The notes under the pieces: generated by a model
What the model was told of the DNA's origin: nothing
What the model saw: the letters and a program-made list of their open reading frames with translations, nothing else
The model's database searches: none
Assembly: GCA_965216785.1 (NCBI GenBank)
Contig: OZ244197.1
Span: forward strand, 2,784,001-2,848,000
Direction: 5' to 3'
Origin: Thermodesulfobacteriota bacterium
GTDB lineage: Bacteria > Desulfobacterota_D > UBA1144 > Nemesobacterales > UBA2774
Length of the DNA stretch: 64,000 nucleotides
Shown: piece by piece, positions 48,475 to 58,314 of the stretch
Numbering within the stretch: position 1 is the stretch's first letter
Layout: the number at the start of each line of letters is the position of its first letter
Made by a program: the position numbers and the translations under genes

Positions 48475-48765
48475 CTATTCGCAGGTAGTTTTATCGGATT
48501 CCTTATAGGCGGATCTTAAAATGCTCAAGCAGAGGGAGACGTGGGTACCGAATCGCGGATCATCGGCGCCCAGGAGAAGGGCTTCGTGATGAACGCGAAG
48601 AAAAGTAGTGTAATATGTACTGCTTATGCCTGAAAGCTCTTCTATTAACTTAAGCGCTCGCTTACCCCAATCTTTAAAATCCTCTTTTTTCCACAGTCCG
48701 TGAGTAGTGCGACTGGTTTCGTCCAAGAGCTCCGTATATGTGTCTTTTAAGTTAAGATCGGCCAT
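48475..48765 (-). CDS. Hypothetical helical protein
   Basis: 96-aa ORF co-oriented with neighbours. Confidence 0.55.
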   Translation of the reverse strand: MADLNLKDTYTELLDETSRTTHGLWKKEDFKDWGKRALKLIEELSGISSTYYTTFLRVHHEALLLGADDPRFGTHVSLCLSILRSAYKESDKTTCE

Positions 48766-48834
48766 AAGATATGCCCTGCAACCTTCCACAATTACAGCGT
48801 TTTATTTTAATAACAGCTAAAACAATACGGAAAT

Positions 48835-49305
48835 TTAGAACCTTGGGGCGTAGGCAAGGTTCTGGAGCCAAAAATCGATGACATACTCGATCCTTGGAAG
48901 CATGGGCTCCCGGTATGTGTCCAGATCGGGCAGATGTATCCAGCGGCACTCTATTATCCCCTCCTCGAACTGCGGAGAGACGTCTGAGTCTTTACCGTGG
49001 TATCGAACAAGATACCAGTGGGTTTTCTTTAGATACTTAGTTTTCTGATGCCTGGTCGTGTGCCAAGTGGACACGAGCTTGCCGTTAATACTCAGCTTGT
49101 CCTTGTCCAGACCCGTCTCCTCTGCGATTTCCCTGAGCGCAGTCTCGGCAGGATTATCATCACCGTTGAACCTGCCTTTGGGCAAGTCCCACCTGCCGCG
49201 TTTAAATATTAACAGGACATGGTAGTTGTCGTTATAAACCAGCCCGCCGGCTGACTTTACAATCGGCAGGTTGAGCGTATTACCTAAATTATAATCTTCA
49301 GTCAT
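48835..49305 (-). CDS. NUDIX hydrolase
   Basis: SAGGLV, WDLPKG...ETALREIAEETGL Nudix box. Confidence 0.92.
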   Translation of the reverse strand: MTEDYNLGNTLNLPIVKSAGGLVYNDNYHVLLIFKRGRWDLPKGRFNGDDNPAETALREIAEETGLDKDKLSINGKLVSTWHTTRHQKTKYLKKTHWYLVRYHGKDSDVSPQFEEGIIECRWIHLPDLDTYREPMLPRIEYVIDFWLQNLAYAPRF

Positions 49306-50200
49306 TCTGCATCCTTGTAAGCACTTCTTTTTTAGATTTTCCTAAATTTTTTTCTTCATTTTCTTCAACTAATTCACTTAGCACGGAGAGCTGCAGCTTG
49401 TTAAGACCGTTAAAGGCAACTCCGTTCAGTTCGATACTATATTTTTCAGAAACATCCTCTCCGGTCAATGGTACGAACTTTTTATTCCCGTAGAGCCTCA
49501 CAACATAGAGCATGGTGGTAAGCCTCGATTCTTTTCTTGAATTTGAATCGATCAGTATCCACGGGGATTTTTTAGAGGCGGTATGCGTAAACATCTGCTC
49601 TTTGTATTTGGTGTAGGTTTCCCACTTTTTTCTCGCGTGAAAATCATTCTCGGAAAATTTCCAGAACTTAAGCGGGTCTGAGAGCCTTTCCTGAAAACGG
49701 TAAAGCTGGTGCTCCGGGTCTACGGAGAGATAAAACTTTACAAGCTTAAGCCCTTTATCGATCAGGTTGTGCTCCCACTCGAGCACCTTGTTCATGAAGT
49801 ACTCGTACTGCGACTGTGTGCAGTAGCCCATTGTGGGCTCAATCAACGCGCGGTTGTACCAAGAGCGGTCGAAAAATACGACTTCCCCGGGTTTTGGCAG
49901 GAGTTTCTCATAGCGGTGAAACCAGTACTTTGACTCTTTGGGTGTCGGGATTCCGAGATCGACGGTTCGGTAGTACTTGGGCATGAGATTCTGAGTGAAA
50001 CGGAGAATCGTGGAGCCCTTCCCCGCCGCGTCGCGTCCGTCAAAACAAATGCAGAGTCTCTGAGACCGCTTGGCTACTTTTTGCTGTATTGTGAGCAGCT
50101 CGAGCTGAAGACGGCGCTTTTCGATATGATAATCTTTAAGGCTTATCCCCTCGTAGGGAGCTTCAATTTTATAAACTTTCTCCCCGGTGAGTTTTTTCAT
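49298..50200 (-). CDS. ppk2: Polyphosphate kinase 2
   Basis: FDGRDAAGKGS, FDRSWYNRALIEP.MG, DPLKFWKFS. Confidence 0.92.
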   Translation of the reverse strand: MKKLTGEKVYKIEAPYEGISLKDYHIEKRRLQLELLTIQQKVAKRSQRLCICFDGRDAAGKGSTILRFTQNLMPKYYRTVDLGIPTPKESKYWFHRYEKLLPKPGEVVFFDRSWYNRALIEPTMGYCTQSQYEYFMNKVLEWEHNLIDKGLKLVKFYLSVDPEHQLYRFQERLSDPLKFWKFSENDFHARKKWETYTKYKEQMFTHTASKKSPWILIDSNSRKESRLTTMLYVVRLYGNKKFVPLTGEDVSEKYSIELNGVAFNGLNKLQLSVLSELVEENEEKNLGKSKKEVLTRMQND

Positions 50201-50490
50201 CTGGTAATTCCTCCTATAATAGTTTCATACCCTATCATAGAAAAGTTAATAAACACTAAACCCCTGCTCTCAAAATCTTTCTAGTACCCTAAATAATGCC
50301 GATTTAATATTCATAGCTGAAATAAAACTAAGGTTAAGATCGGGCCGGCCAACTCTATACAAAAGAAGTATATAAAATGGGATGATTAATGCAAATAACA
50401 GGGATCTGAGCTTAACGGCTTTGAAAAAGTTGGTGATTTATATGTATATGGGAAGTATTATTAGAGCTAAATATCGTTACGGAGGAAAAT

Positions 50491-50982
50491 ATGGGAATTA
50501 AACCGCATGTATTTATTATTTGCTTAGCAATTATCTTTTTGTCTGCGGCTTTTACATTTGATACCGAGGCAAAGATGTTATCGGGGTTTGAAGAAAAAGC
50601 ATCGGTTCAATATGAGCCGGAGGGGCCCCTGGACCCGGCAGAAGAGCAGCTGGATCAGGTGTCTGAGCCGGTGGGAGAGATCTCAGAGCCTTTGGTGGAT
50701 ACACCGACAGAGCCTTTGGACTCGGTATCTGAAACCACGGACCAGGCAACAGAGTCAGTTAACTCTCTGACTGAGGAGCCTGAACCTCTGGGCGAGGACT
50801 CCGAGTCTATAGATCAGGTGGGAGAAAACCTCGATCAGGTATCTGAAACAGCGGAGGAGGCTTCAGAGAACCTACCGATCGCCCCTGAAGGAGACGGCTC
50901 TGGGATGGAATACGATACGCGTGAGGCTGAGATGCCGCTTGGAGACAGGGAAGCTGAAGGCAGAGGCATAGGGGATTATTAG
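50491..50982 (+). CDS. Secreted acidic low-complexity repeat protein
   Basis: GGAGG RBS; signal peptide; repeated E-x-L-D-x-V-S-like heptads. Confidence 0.7.
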   Translation: MGIKPHVFIICLAIIFLSAAFTFDTEAKMLSGFEEKASVQYEPEGPLDPAEEQLDQVSEPVGEISEPLVDTPTEPLDSVSETTDQATESVNSLTEEPEPLGEDSESIDQVGENLDQVSETAEEASENLPIAPEGDGSGMEYDTREAEMPLGDREAEGRGIGDY

Positions 50983-51029
50983 TACGGGCATATCCGGAAA
51001 AAGAGGGTTTCGGTTACCACCCTAGAAGG

Positions 51030-51106
51030 TGGTCGGGGTGAGAGGGCTCGAACCTCCGACCTCAGCGTCCCAAGCGCTGCGCGCTACCAAACTGCGCTAC
51101 ACCCCG
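51030..51106 (-). tRNA. tRNA-Pro (TGG)
   Basis: CGGGGTGTAGCGCAGTTTGGTAGCGCG-CAGCG-CTTGGGA-CGCTG-AGGTCGGAGGTTCGAGCCCTCTCACCCCGACCA. Confidence 0.97.
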
Positions 51107-51192
51107 ACTATAAGCATTCTCTCTTAGAGAGCAATCAGTATACCTATAATGCTAAAAACGACAAGCACTAATACTAAAGTTTTGAGCTTACT

Positions 51193-51492
51193 CTAACCAA
51201 GGTATTTCTTATAGACTTCCGTAGCCCAAAAGATTTCTGTACCCGAGGAAACAAGTGCCGTATGCATGATGGTTTCGGCTATTTCGGCCTTTGTTATCTT
51301 AAGAGCGAGCGCCTTTTTTATCCTTGACTCTGTACAGTGAGGACACCTTCCGTGAACCGCCACTGAAAGCGCTATGAGGGCTTTTGTCTTTGGGTCAAGC
51401 TTGGTCTCTCCCTCACAAGCTTTATAGAACTTCCACCAGCCCTCTGCCATCTCAGGGGCGTGTTTTTCAAACCATCTCTGATCGTCTGCCAT
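51193..51492 (-). CDS. Carboxymuconolactone decarboxylase/AhpD-like protein
   Basis: LDPKTKALIALSVAV..RCPHC, EIAE. Confidence 0.85.
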   Translation of the reverse strand: MADDQRWFEKHAPEMAEGWWKFYKACEGETKLDPKTKALIALSVAVHGRCPHCTESRIKKALALKITKAEIAETIMHTALVSSGTEIFWATEVYKKYLG

Positions 51493-51548
51493 GCTTTAAT
51501 ACCTCCTGTGTTGAATTGATTATTCTATGTTTTCCGGTTTTATCAATA

Positions 51549-52082
51549 TTACTTTTTATTCTTCATATACTGTATATAACTTTCTCTTCCCGACCCGTAT
51601 TTATAGTTTTGGTAGCCGATCGGGTTCTTCTCGTAGTACTTCTGATGATAGCCTTCCGCGGGATAAAACTCCATAGCAGGGCGAATGTCCGTTACAATCG
51701 GGGCCTTATATCGCCCGGATTCACCGAGCCTGCGCTTTGATTCCTCAGCAGCGCTTTTCTGAAAGTCACTGTGGTAAAAGATAGCGGTCTGGTAGTGATG
51801 CCCTCTGTCAACGAACTGCCCCCCGTCGTCTGTCGGATCGACGTTCAGCCAGAAAACGTCCAAGAGCTTCTCATAGGATATTACTGATGGGTCGTAGATT
51901 ACCTCTATGGACTCAAGATGCTCAGTCATACCATGGCAGACTTCTTCGTACTTGGGGTTAGCCTCCTTGCCCCCGGTGTATCCTACGGTTGTTGAGATTA
52001 CGCCTTCAAGATTGTCAAACGGAGGCTGCATACACCAGAAACAACCGCCTGAGAAAGTAGCTTTTTCCTGTTTGTTATCCAT
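51549..52082 (-). CDS. msrA: Peptide methionine sulfoxide reductase A
   Basis: GGCFWC, GYTGG, GGQFVDRG, FYPAEGYHQKYY. Confidence 0.95.
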   Translation of the reverse strand: MDNKQEKATFSGGCFWCMQPPFDNLEGVISTTVGYTGGKEANPKYEEVCHGMTEHLESIEVIYDPSVISYEKLLDVFWLNVDPTDDGGQFVDRGHHYQTAIFYHSDFQKSAAEESKRRLGESGRYKAPIVTDIRPAMEFYPAEGYHQKYYEKNPIGYQNYKYGSGRESYIQYMKNKK

Positions 52083-52193
52083 TATCGCCCCAATATCTTA
52101 TTAGTATAGATTAATTTAGATGAAATGATTATACGTATGGATGCCTCCTTTAGCAAAAGAGTTATAACATAGAAACTTTTAAGATGACCGGAA

Positions 52194-52613
52194 TTAGGAG
52201 GTCTGCTCTTCGATCCCTCTTTTTTGGCCGAGAGATTTAAATATAAAGTAAATAATGGGAACGCCCAAGATTAATTTAATCAAAGAGCGGGTGAAGGGTT
52301 TGCCAAACTCGGCGTAATTCTCCTGGAGGAAGCTGAGGGAGATTATAAGCCCCTTATCAAATAAATCAGAAAAAACAAGAACTGAAACGGTAACGAGATA
52401 TAACCAGGCGATTAGAGAGAGGTAAAAGCCCCATTTAGCTCCGCGCCAGAGAAGTATCCCCCCGATTGTGCCACACACGCCCCTTAAGACAAAAGAATTA
52501 AGTACAACCATCTTTGCAGGAAGCGGGAAATCGGCGAACATACCTACCAGGAGTAAAGCTCCGAGACCGGGAAGAGCGGCAGCTATGGTAATTAGCCCGA
52601 CAGCTTTATTCAC
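52194..52613 (-). CDS. Hypothetical membrane protein
   Basis: About four TM segments; start abuts the protease stop. Confidence 0.6.
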   Translation of the reverse strand: MNKAVGLITIAAALPGLGALLLVGMFADFPLPAKMVVLNSFVLRGVCGTIGGILLWRGAKWGFYLSLIAWLYLVTVSVLVFSDLFDKGLIISLSFLQENYAEFGKPFTRSLIKLILGVPIIYFIFKSLGQKRGIEEQTS

Positions 52614-55600
52614 TAATTGCTCACACTTCCGCCTGAGCGGTCCTGATATAGAGGTCTTTTGGGTCTCTGAGAGGGGTTATCGTCCAGAAGCTCCTGAATG
52701 ACCTCTAAAGCTTTCTCGAGCTGTTGGTCATCCGAATCATTCAGGTTTGAAGGCAGATCAGGGACTTCATAATCGGGATCGACCCCCCTTCCCTCTACGT
52801 CCCACTCACCCTTGAGGTTGTAGAAAGCGTAAGTGGGCGCCGTGACGTAACCGCCGTCGATGAACCCGGGGTTGCCGCCTATACCGATAAGCCCGCCGTG
52901 TGTGCGTGTGCCGATGATCGGACCCAAGCCGGCTTTACGGAAGTAATAGGGGAACGCGTCTCCCCCAGAGCCCGACCAGCCGTTAATGAGCATTACCTTT
53001 GGACCGGTGTGTGAGAGCGAGGGAGTCTGCCAGTCCTCAAACTCTCGTATTGCCCAGTAATTTTGTACAGGGCGGTTTAAGAGCTCTACGAAACGGTCAG
53101 GGACCTGCCCTCCGCCGTTAAAGCGCTCGTCTATGATAAGCGCCTCGGTTTTTTGCTGAGGAACGAATTGCCGAACCAGCTCGTTCTGCCCTCTGCGTCC
53201 TGTGTCTGGAACGTATACATACCCTACTCTGCCCTCTGTGGCTCTATCGACATATTGTCTATTTTCTTCGACCCAGGTCATGTAGCGGAGCTTTCGGTCA
53301 TCGTCTCTGGATATGGGTTTAACCAGTATCTCCCTTGCATCCTTTAGTTTCGCGCTCTTGCCTATAGCAAGCTCAACGACTTCACCCGTAAGACCTTGAA
53401 AAGAAGCCCAGGGGTCTTTAGAAGTATCGAGCGGATTACCGTTAACGCTTAGAAGATAGTCGCCCTCCTCCACATTTACACCAGGCTCTTTCAGAGGTGA
53501 GCGAATATCGGGGATATTACTCGACGCTCCGTAAATCTTTTTAATTCGGTACGCGTTATTTTTTTTATCAAGCTCAAAATCGGCTCCCAAAAGTCCTACT
53601 GATATACGATCTGTTTCCTCAATATCCCCTCCCCCTATGTAGGCATGTGAGGAGTTTAGCTCACCCATCATCTCACCTATTACAAAATTTAGGTCCTCCC
53701 TGTCGACAATGTAGGGAAGCAGCTTTTCATACCTTACTTTAACCTCGTCCCAGTCTACTCCGTGCATTTTCGGGTCGTAAAAGAAATCGCGTTGAATGCG
53801 CCATGAATCACCAAATATCTGCTGCCATTCCTGACGAGGATCGATCTTGGTTTTTAACTTCGAGGTATCGATTTTTCCCTGTCCGGTGCTTCTGCCCTCA
53901 CCGAAATCCACTATGCCGTAGACATCGTCCGATCTGTATACGAGCTTTGTTCCGTCCAAGGTTAAGTCAAAATCATTTGTGTTCGGGATTACAGTTTTTT
54001 CATGGCCGTCTCGAAGATCGTAAAACTGGAGCTGTCCTTTTCCTCCGTTGTGATCCTCTACTCCGGCCCTCGGGTATCTGAGGTATGCGACTTTATCGTC
54101 AAGGGCTTTCAAATGCCCGAAATTGCCGGCTCTTACAGGGAGCTTGACTACGCGCTCCTCAATTCCATCAAAATCGATTTTCACGGATTCACGGGTGTTC
54201 TGATCAGTATTTTCGTTCTTGCTCTCGGTTTCCTCATCACTTCTCGGTGCTATGGGGGACAGTGTGTCCGCTCTGAGCGTAAGAGCGTAAACACCGGTTG
54301 AGTTTGGATATATCCAGGTATCGTCCATGTCTCCATACACTGGCGTGAAGCTGCGGTCAGAGTAAAAGTACAGGTACCTGCCTCCGGGGTCGAATACAGG
54401 GGAGTTGTCATTATAAAAATCGGTCGTTACTTTACGAGGCTTCTTATCCTTAGTGTCGTAGATCATTACCGACTTTAGCCCGTTATCGGCTGTGTACGGA
54501 TAGGTAAGCCACCTGCTGTCGGGAGACCACGCGTAGCTGCCGATTGGGTTACGAAGATCCTTTGAGACTAGTAGGGGTTTGTTGCTTGAAATATCAACTA
54601 TAAAAAGGCTCCCGGTCTTATCGCTGTAAGCAATTTTTTTACTGTCCGGAGACCAGACGGGATGGAAGCGGTAAACACCGCCGTCTGTAGTAATGCGGGT
54701 TTCTTCGCTCTTTCCGTCGCTTTGGCGTATATAGAGCTCGTACTCTCCTGTGCGGTCTGAGAAGTAGGCGACATTTTTACCGTCGGGGGACCAGGCGGGA
54801 AAGCGCTCCGCTATCCCGGCAGTTTGAGTAAGGTTCCTGACGCTGCCCCTTTGCTGGGGCACTGTGAATATCTCGCCCCTAGCCTCAAAAAGAGCCCTCT
54901 TACCACTCGGGGAAATGGAAAAATTGTTTATATTCTTTGAGACTTCTTTTAACCGCGGCCGTAGCTCGGGCAAATCATCGGGTACCCGCACAGAGACCTG
55001 GGAATAACTTTCATCGCCAAGCTCTAATAGATAAAGCGCGCCTCCGTTTTCAAATACTATGTCCCCCGGACCAAGGCTCGGCCATTTAACATCGTATTCC
55101 TTAAAATTTGTGACCTGCCTTTTTTCTTCGGTGGCAGTGTCGTAAGCCCAGATATTCAGCCTCTGCTCAGGACCCCTGTCCGAGAGAAAATAAATCGTAT
55201 CGTTATGCCACATCGGAATCGCATCTGTACCCTCATAGTCCGTAAACTTTTTAAGTGATTGATCCTTAAGATTATATATCCAGAGGTCGCTCGCAGTCCC
55301 GCCCTTGTAGCGCTTCCAGGCATTTGATTGTCTGGTTTTATACTGAAAGGCAAGCCTATCGCCCCCAGGACTGAAGCTTCCGATCTCGCCGTAGGGAAGT
55401 GGTAGCACTTCCGGCATACCGCCCTCTACGGGCTGGCGGAACAAACGGTTGTATCGCTCGCTCGGGCTCAGCATCTTTGAGCGCATGAGAACGCTCTCAC
55501 CGTCCGGGTACCAGTCAACCACCAAATCCTCTCCAGGATGGTGAGTGATCCTCTCGGGCATACCGCCCGCGCCCGATACGACGTAAATATCTGTGTTGCC

Positions 55601-55885
55601 GTCGTAGTTGCCGCTGAACGCGACTTTATCGCCATCTGGGGAGAATTTGGGAAACGACTCGCGTCCACTGGGCGAGCTCAGCTTTCTGGCTACCCCACCG
55701 TCTTTGGAAACTATCCAAACGTCCCCGCCGTATACAAATACTATTTCGCTTTCACTCACATCCGGGAAACGGAGCATTAGGGCATCGGGAGAATGACTTA
55801 TATGCTGATCCTCTTTTGCTACAGATGCACCCAGGGAACACAATATAGTGAACAGTAATACTGCGGCGATAACACTTATATTCAT
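52613..55885 (-). CDS. Tricorn protease homologue (peptidase S41, beta-propellers plus PDZ)
   Basis: Signal peptide; WKRYKGGTA, PD40-like repeats (FSPDG, WSPDS), GELNSSHAY, IDERFNGGG, SGSGGDAFP, GTRTHGG. Confidence 0.93.
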   Translation of the reverse strand: MNISVIAAVLLFTILCSLGASVAKEDQHISHSPDALMLRFPDVSESEIVFVYGGDVWIVSKDGGVARKLSSPSGRESFPKFSPDGDKVAFSGNYDGNTDIYVVSGAGGMPERITHHPGEDLVVDWYPDGESVLMRSKMLSPSERYNRLFRQPVEGGMPEVLPLPYGEIGSFSPGGDRLAFQYKTRQSNAWKRYKGGTASDLWIYNLKDQSLKKFTDYEGTDAIPMWHNDTIYFLSDRGPEQRLNIWAYDTATEEKRQVTNFKEYDVKWPSLGPGDIVFENGGALYLLELGDESYSQVSVRVPDDLPELRPRLKEVSKNINNFSISPSGKRALFEARGEIFTVPQQRGSVRNLTQTAGIAERFPAWSPDGKNVAYFSDRTGEYELYIRQSDGKSEETRITTDGGVYRFHPVWSPDSKKIAYSDKTGSLFIVDISSNKPLLVSKDLRNPIGSYAWSPDSRWLTYPYTADNGLKSVMIYDTKDKKPRKVTTDFYNDNSPVFDPGGRYLYFYSDRSFTPVYGDMDDTWIYPNSTGVYALTLRADTLSPIAPRSDEETESKNENTDQNTRESVKIDFDGIEERVVKLPVRAGNFGHLKALDDKVAYLRYPRAGVEDHNGGKGQLQFYDLRDGHEKTVIPNTNDFDLTLDGTKLVYRSDDVYGIVDFGEGRSTGQGKIDTSKLKTKIDPRQEWQQIFGDSWRIQRDFFYDPKMHGVDWDEVKVRYEKLLPYIVDREDLNFVIGEMMGELNSSHAYIGGGDIEETDRISVGLLGADFELDKKNNAYRIKKIYGASSNIPDIRSPLKEPGVNVEEGDYLLSVNGNPLDTSKDPWASFQGLTGEVVELAIGKSAKLKDAREILVKPISRDDDRKLRYMTWVEENRQYVDRATEGRVGYVYVPDTGRRGQNELVRQFVPQQKTEALIIDERFNGGGQVPDRFVELLNRPVQNYWAIREFEDWQTPSLSHTGPKVMLINGWSGSGGDAFPYYFRKAGLGPIIGTRTHGGLIGIGGNPGFIDGGYVTAPTYAFYNLKGEWDVEGRGVDPDYEVPDLPSNLNDSDDQQLEKALEVIQELLDDNPSQRPKRPLYQDRSGGSVSN

Positions 55886-56096
55886 TTTGCGATATCCTCT
55901 CTCATAAACCCATCATTTAGAGAACCTACGATAAATCTAAATTTGTTAGTATTGATAACATCTTAACCGCTAGCAAATATCATAATAAATATACCTCAAG
56001 TTAGTTAAAATTACGGTTATATATTAGAGAAAAATCGGGGTGTCCGTGACCCGCCGGGGGAACGTTGACTCAGTAGGGATAGAACTCTAAGTTTTT

Positions 56097-58178
56097 TTAC
56101 ATATATTCCTTATGGAATTTACGCATGCTGGAGGGCTCGCCAATAACGGTAAGCCTGTCGTTTTCCTTTAGCACCGTGTTGCCTCTTGGCACAATGATCT
56201 GCTCATCCCGGCGGATTAGAGCAACCAGGCTGCCTACGGGCATGTTTATCTCTCTTAGCTCCTTACCTATTAGGGACTCGGTCGGTGTGTCCTTGTGCAG
56301 GTAGATAGAGTGGAACCTCTCATTATGAATGAGCGCTTCCTTTAACTGCTGCTCGTCCTCGGCGTGAAGCCAGTCCTCAAAAAACGTGTCGCTTTCTACG
56401 TGGCGCGCCACCTGGGCGAGCATCCTCAGGTGCTGAGTCGGGTTATCGAGAGGACTAAGGAAAAAGAATATCGCGTGTAGAGTCTGCTCTTCCTCGCTGT
56501 CGGTCGCGGGGTTATTGAACTTGATGTGAACCCCGGGTTTTGAGCGCACCATTACAAGCTCCATTTGACTAAGACCATCTACGCGCAAATGCGGCAGGGC
56601 CACATTATGCGCAACAGGAGTTATGCCTACAACGGTACCTTCCATGAAAGTTGTATTGAGGTTCTCATAAGATAGGGGTACAAACTCCGAGAGAAGCTTG
56701 CTTACATCGTTAACTATTTTCCCAAAATCGATCTCGGCACCGACATCGAGCACATGGCTCCGCGCGACAAGCTCGTCAAATGGATCTTCTTTTCTGAGCT
56801 CTTTTTCCTTTAGTATGCCTCTGAGCTCTCTGTCCAGTCCTTCATATCTGGATTGCCCGAGCTGCTCGAAGATGTGAAATATCGCCCCGCTCCTGATTAC
56901 ATTCTTACTGACGTAGAATTTGTACCACACAATCCCAAGCACGACCATTACGCCCGTCAGCACCTTTGTCCATATACCCATCTGAACCAGGAGCCAAAGT
57001 GAGGCGAGGATCCCGAATATCTGCATCCAGGGATAAAGAGGAGAGCGGTAACCCGGATCGTAGGACTCGATCCTGCTCTCTCTCATTACAATGACGGCAA
57101 AACATATGAGCATGAACATTAAGAGCTGAAACGCGCTTGCGATCTTAACAATTTTTGTAGTATCCAGTACCGCCAGGAACACAACGATGGACAGAACTGT
57201 GACTATGATAGCGGCATAGGGCATTTTGTTTTTACCGAGTCTCTGGAAGAAGCTCGGCATCATAAGATCGCGGCTCATTGCGAGTGGATAGCGTGAGGCG
57301 CTCATTGTACCCGCGTTCGCAACGGAGATAAACGCCAGAAGTGCGGCAAAGGAAATTAGTATGACTCCGGTCTTTCCGAATATAATATTTGCGGCTGTCG
57401 CCACTGGGGAGAGATCTCCCTTTAACTGATCCATCGGTATAACGCCCACCATTAAGGCGGTGCCGATGCCGTAGACCAATAACGCTGTGCCAAGAGCAAG
57501 GAAAATACCAAGAGGCAGGTTACGCTCGGGGTTTTCAACCTCCTCTGAGAGGCTGGCAACTTTTGTGACACCTACATAGCTTATGTACACCATGGCCGAG
57601 GTTGAAAGTATGGCGGCCATTCCCGGGTCGAAAAACCCCTCGAAATGAGATATCTGAACATGGGTGATTCCGTCCCCTATAAAAACGACCAGGATACCCA
57701 GGAGTACAACCACAAGGAATACCTGAAAGCCCCCGCTTAACCTTGCGCCAACGAGATTCAGTATTCCAAGAGCAATGGCGATCCCTATTGCGACCGGCAC
57801 TATAGGGAGCTCGGGAACGAATAGACCAATATAGACCCCCATACCTATAAGAGCGAACGCAACTTTGAGCACCAGGGCAAGCCAGGTGCCGATGCCGCCA
57901 ATGGTGCCGAACAGCGGCCCCATGGAACGGTCGAGGAAATAGTATACTCCGCCTGCCCGGGGCATGGCTGTAGTAAGCTCGACGATACTGAATGTTGCGG
58001 GGATAAGTGGTAGCGCGGCGATAAGATACGCCAGCACGATTGCGGGGCCAGCCTGCATAGCGGCAAGACCCGGCAATAGGAAAAAGCCCGCGCTTAGAGT
58101 TGTACCTGTCGCAAGGGCGTATACGTCCAGCAGCTTTAAATTTTTCTTTAGACGCTCGGGCTCTTTTTGTGCGTGCAT
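56097..58178 (-). CDS. APC amino-acid permease fused to PTS EIIA-like and TrkA-C (RCK_C) domains
   Basis: GTTLSAGFFLLPG, SEEVENPERNLP, SRYPLAMSRD; VALPHLR..HLRMLAQVA; LVALIRRDEQIIVPRGNTVLKENDRLTVIG. Confidence 0.88.
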   Translation of the reverse strand: MHAQKEPERLKKNLKLLDVYALATGTTLSAGFFLLPGLAAMQAGPAIVLAYLIAALPLIPATFSIVELTTAMPRAGGVYYFLDRSMGPLFGTIGGIGTWLALVLKVAFALIGMGVYIGLFVPELPIVPVAIGIAIALGILNLVGARLSGGFQVFLVVVLLGILVVFIGDGITHVQISHFEGFFDPGMAAILSTSAMVYISYVGVTKVASLSEEVENPERNLPLGIFLALGTALLVYGIGTALMVGVIPMDQLKGDLSPVATAANIIFGKTGVILISFAALLAFISVANAGTMSASRYPLAMSRDLMMPSFFQRLGKNKMPYAAIIVTVLSIVVFLAVLDTTKIVKIASAFQLLMFMLICFAVIVMRESRIESYDPGYRSPLYPWMQIFGILASLWLLVQMGIWTKVLTGVMVVLGIVWYKFYVSKNVIRSGAIFHIFEQLGQSRYEGLDRELRGILKEKELRKEDPFDELVARSHVLDVGAEIDFGKIVNDVSKLLSEFVPLSYENLNTTFMEGTVVGITPVAHNVALPHLRVDGLSQMELVMVRSKPGVHIKFNNPATDSEEEQTLHAIFFFLSPLDNPTQHLRMLAQVARHVESDTFFEDWLHAEDEQQLKEALIHNERFHSIYLHKDTPTESLIGKELREINMPVGSLVALIRRDEQIIVPRGNTVLKENDRLTVIGEPSSMRKFHKEYM

Positions 58179-58314
58179 AATAGAATGAGGTTAAGATAAC
58201 CCTTACCAGGGTTCATTAAACTAATAAAGTGCTATAGATTTTTAATAATTATAGCTAATTAGCGGATAATGTGAAAAACACTCATCTACAGACGTCCTTT
58301 CATATAGGAATAAG

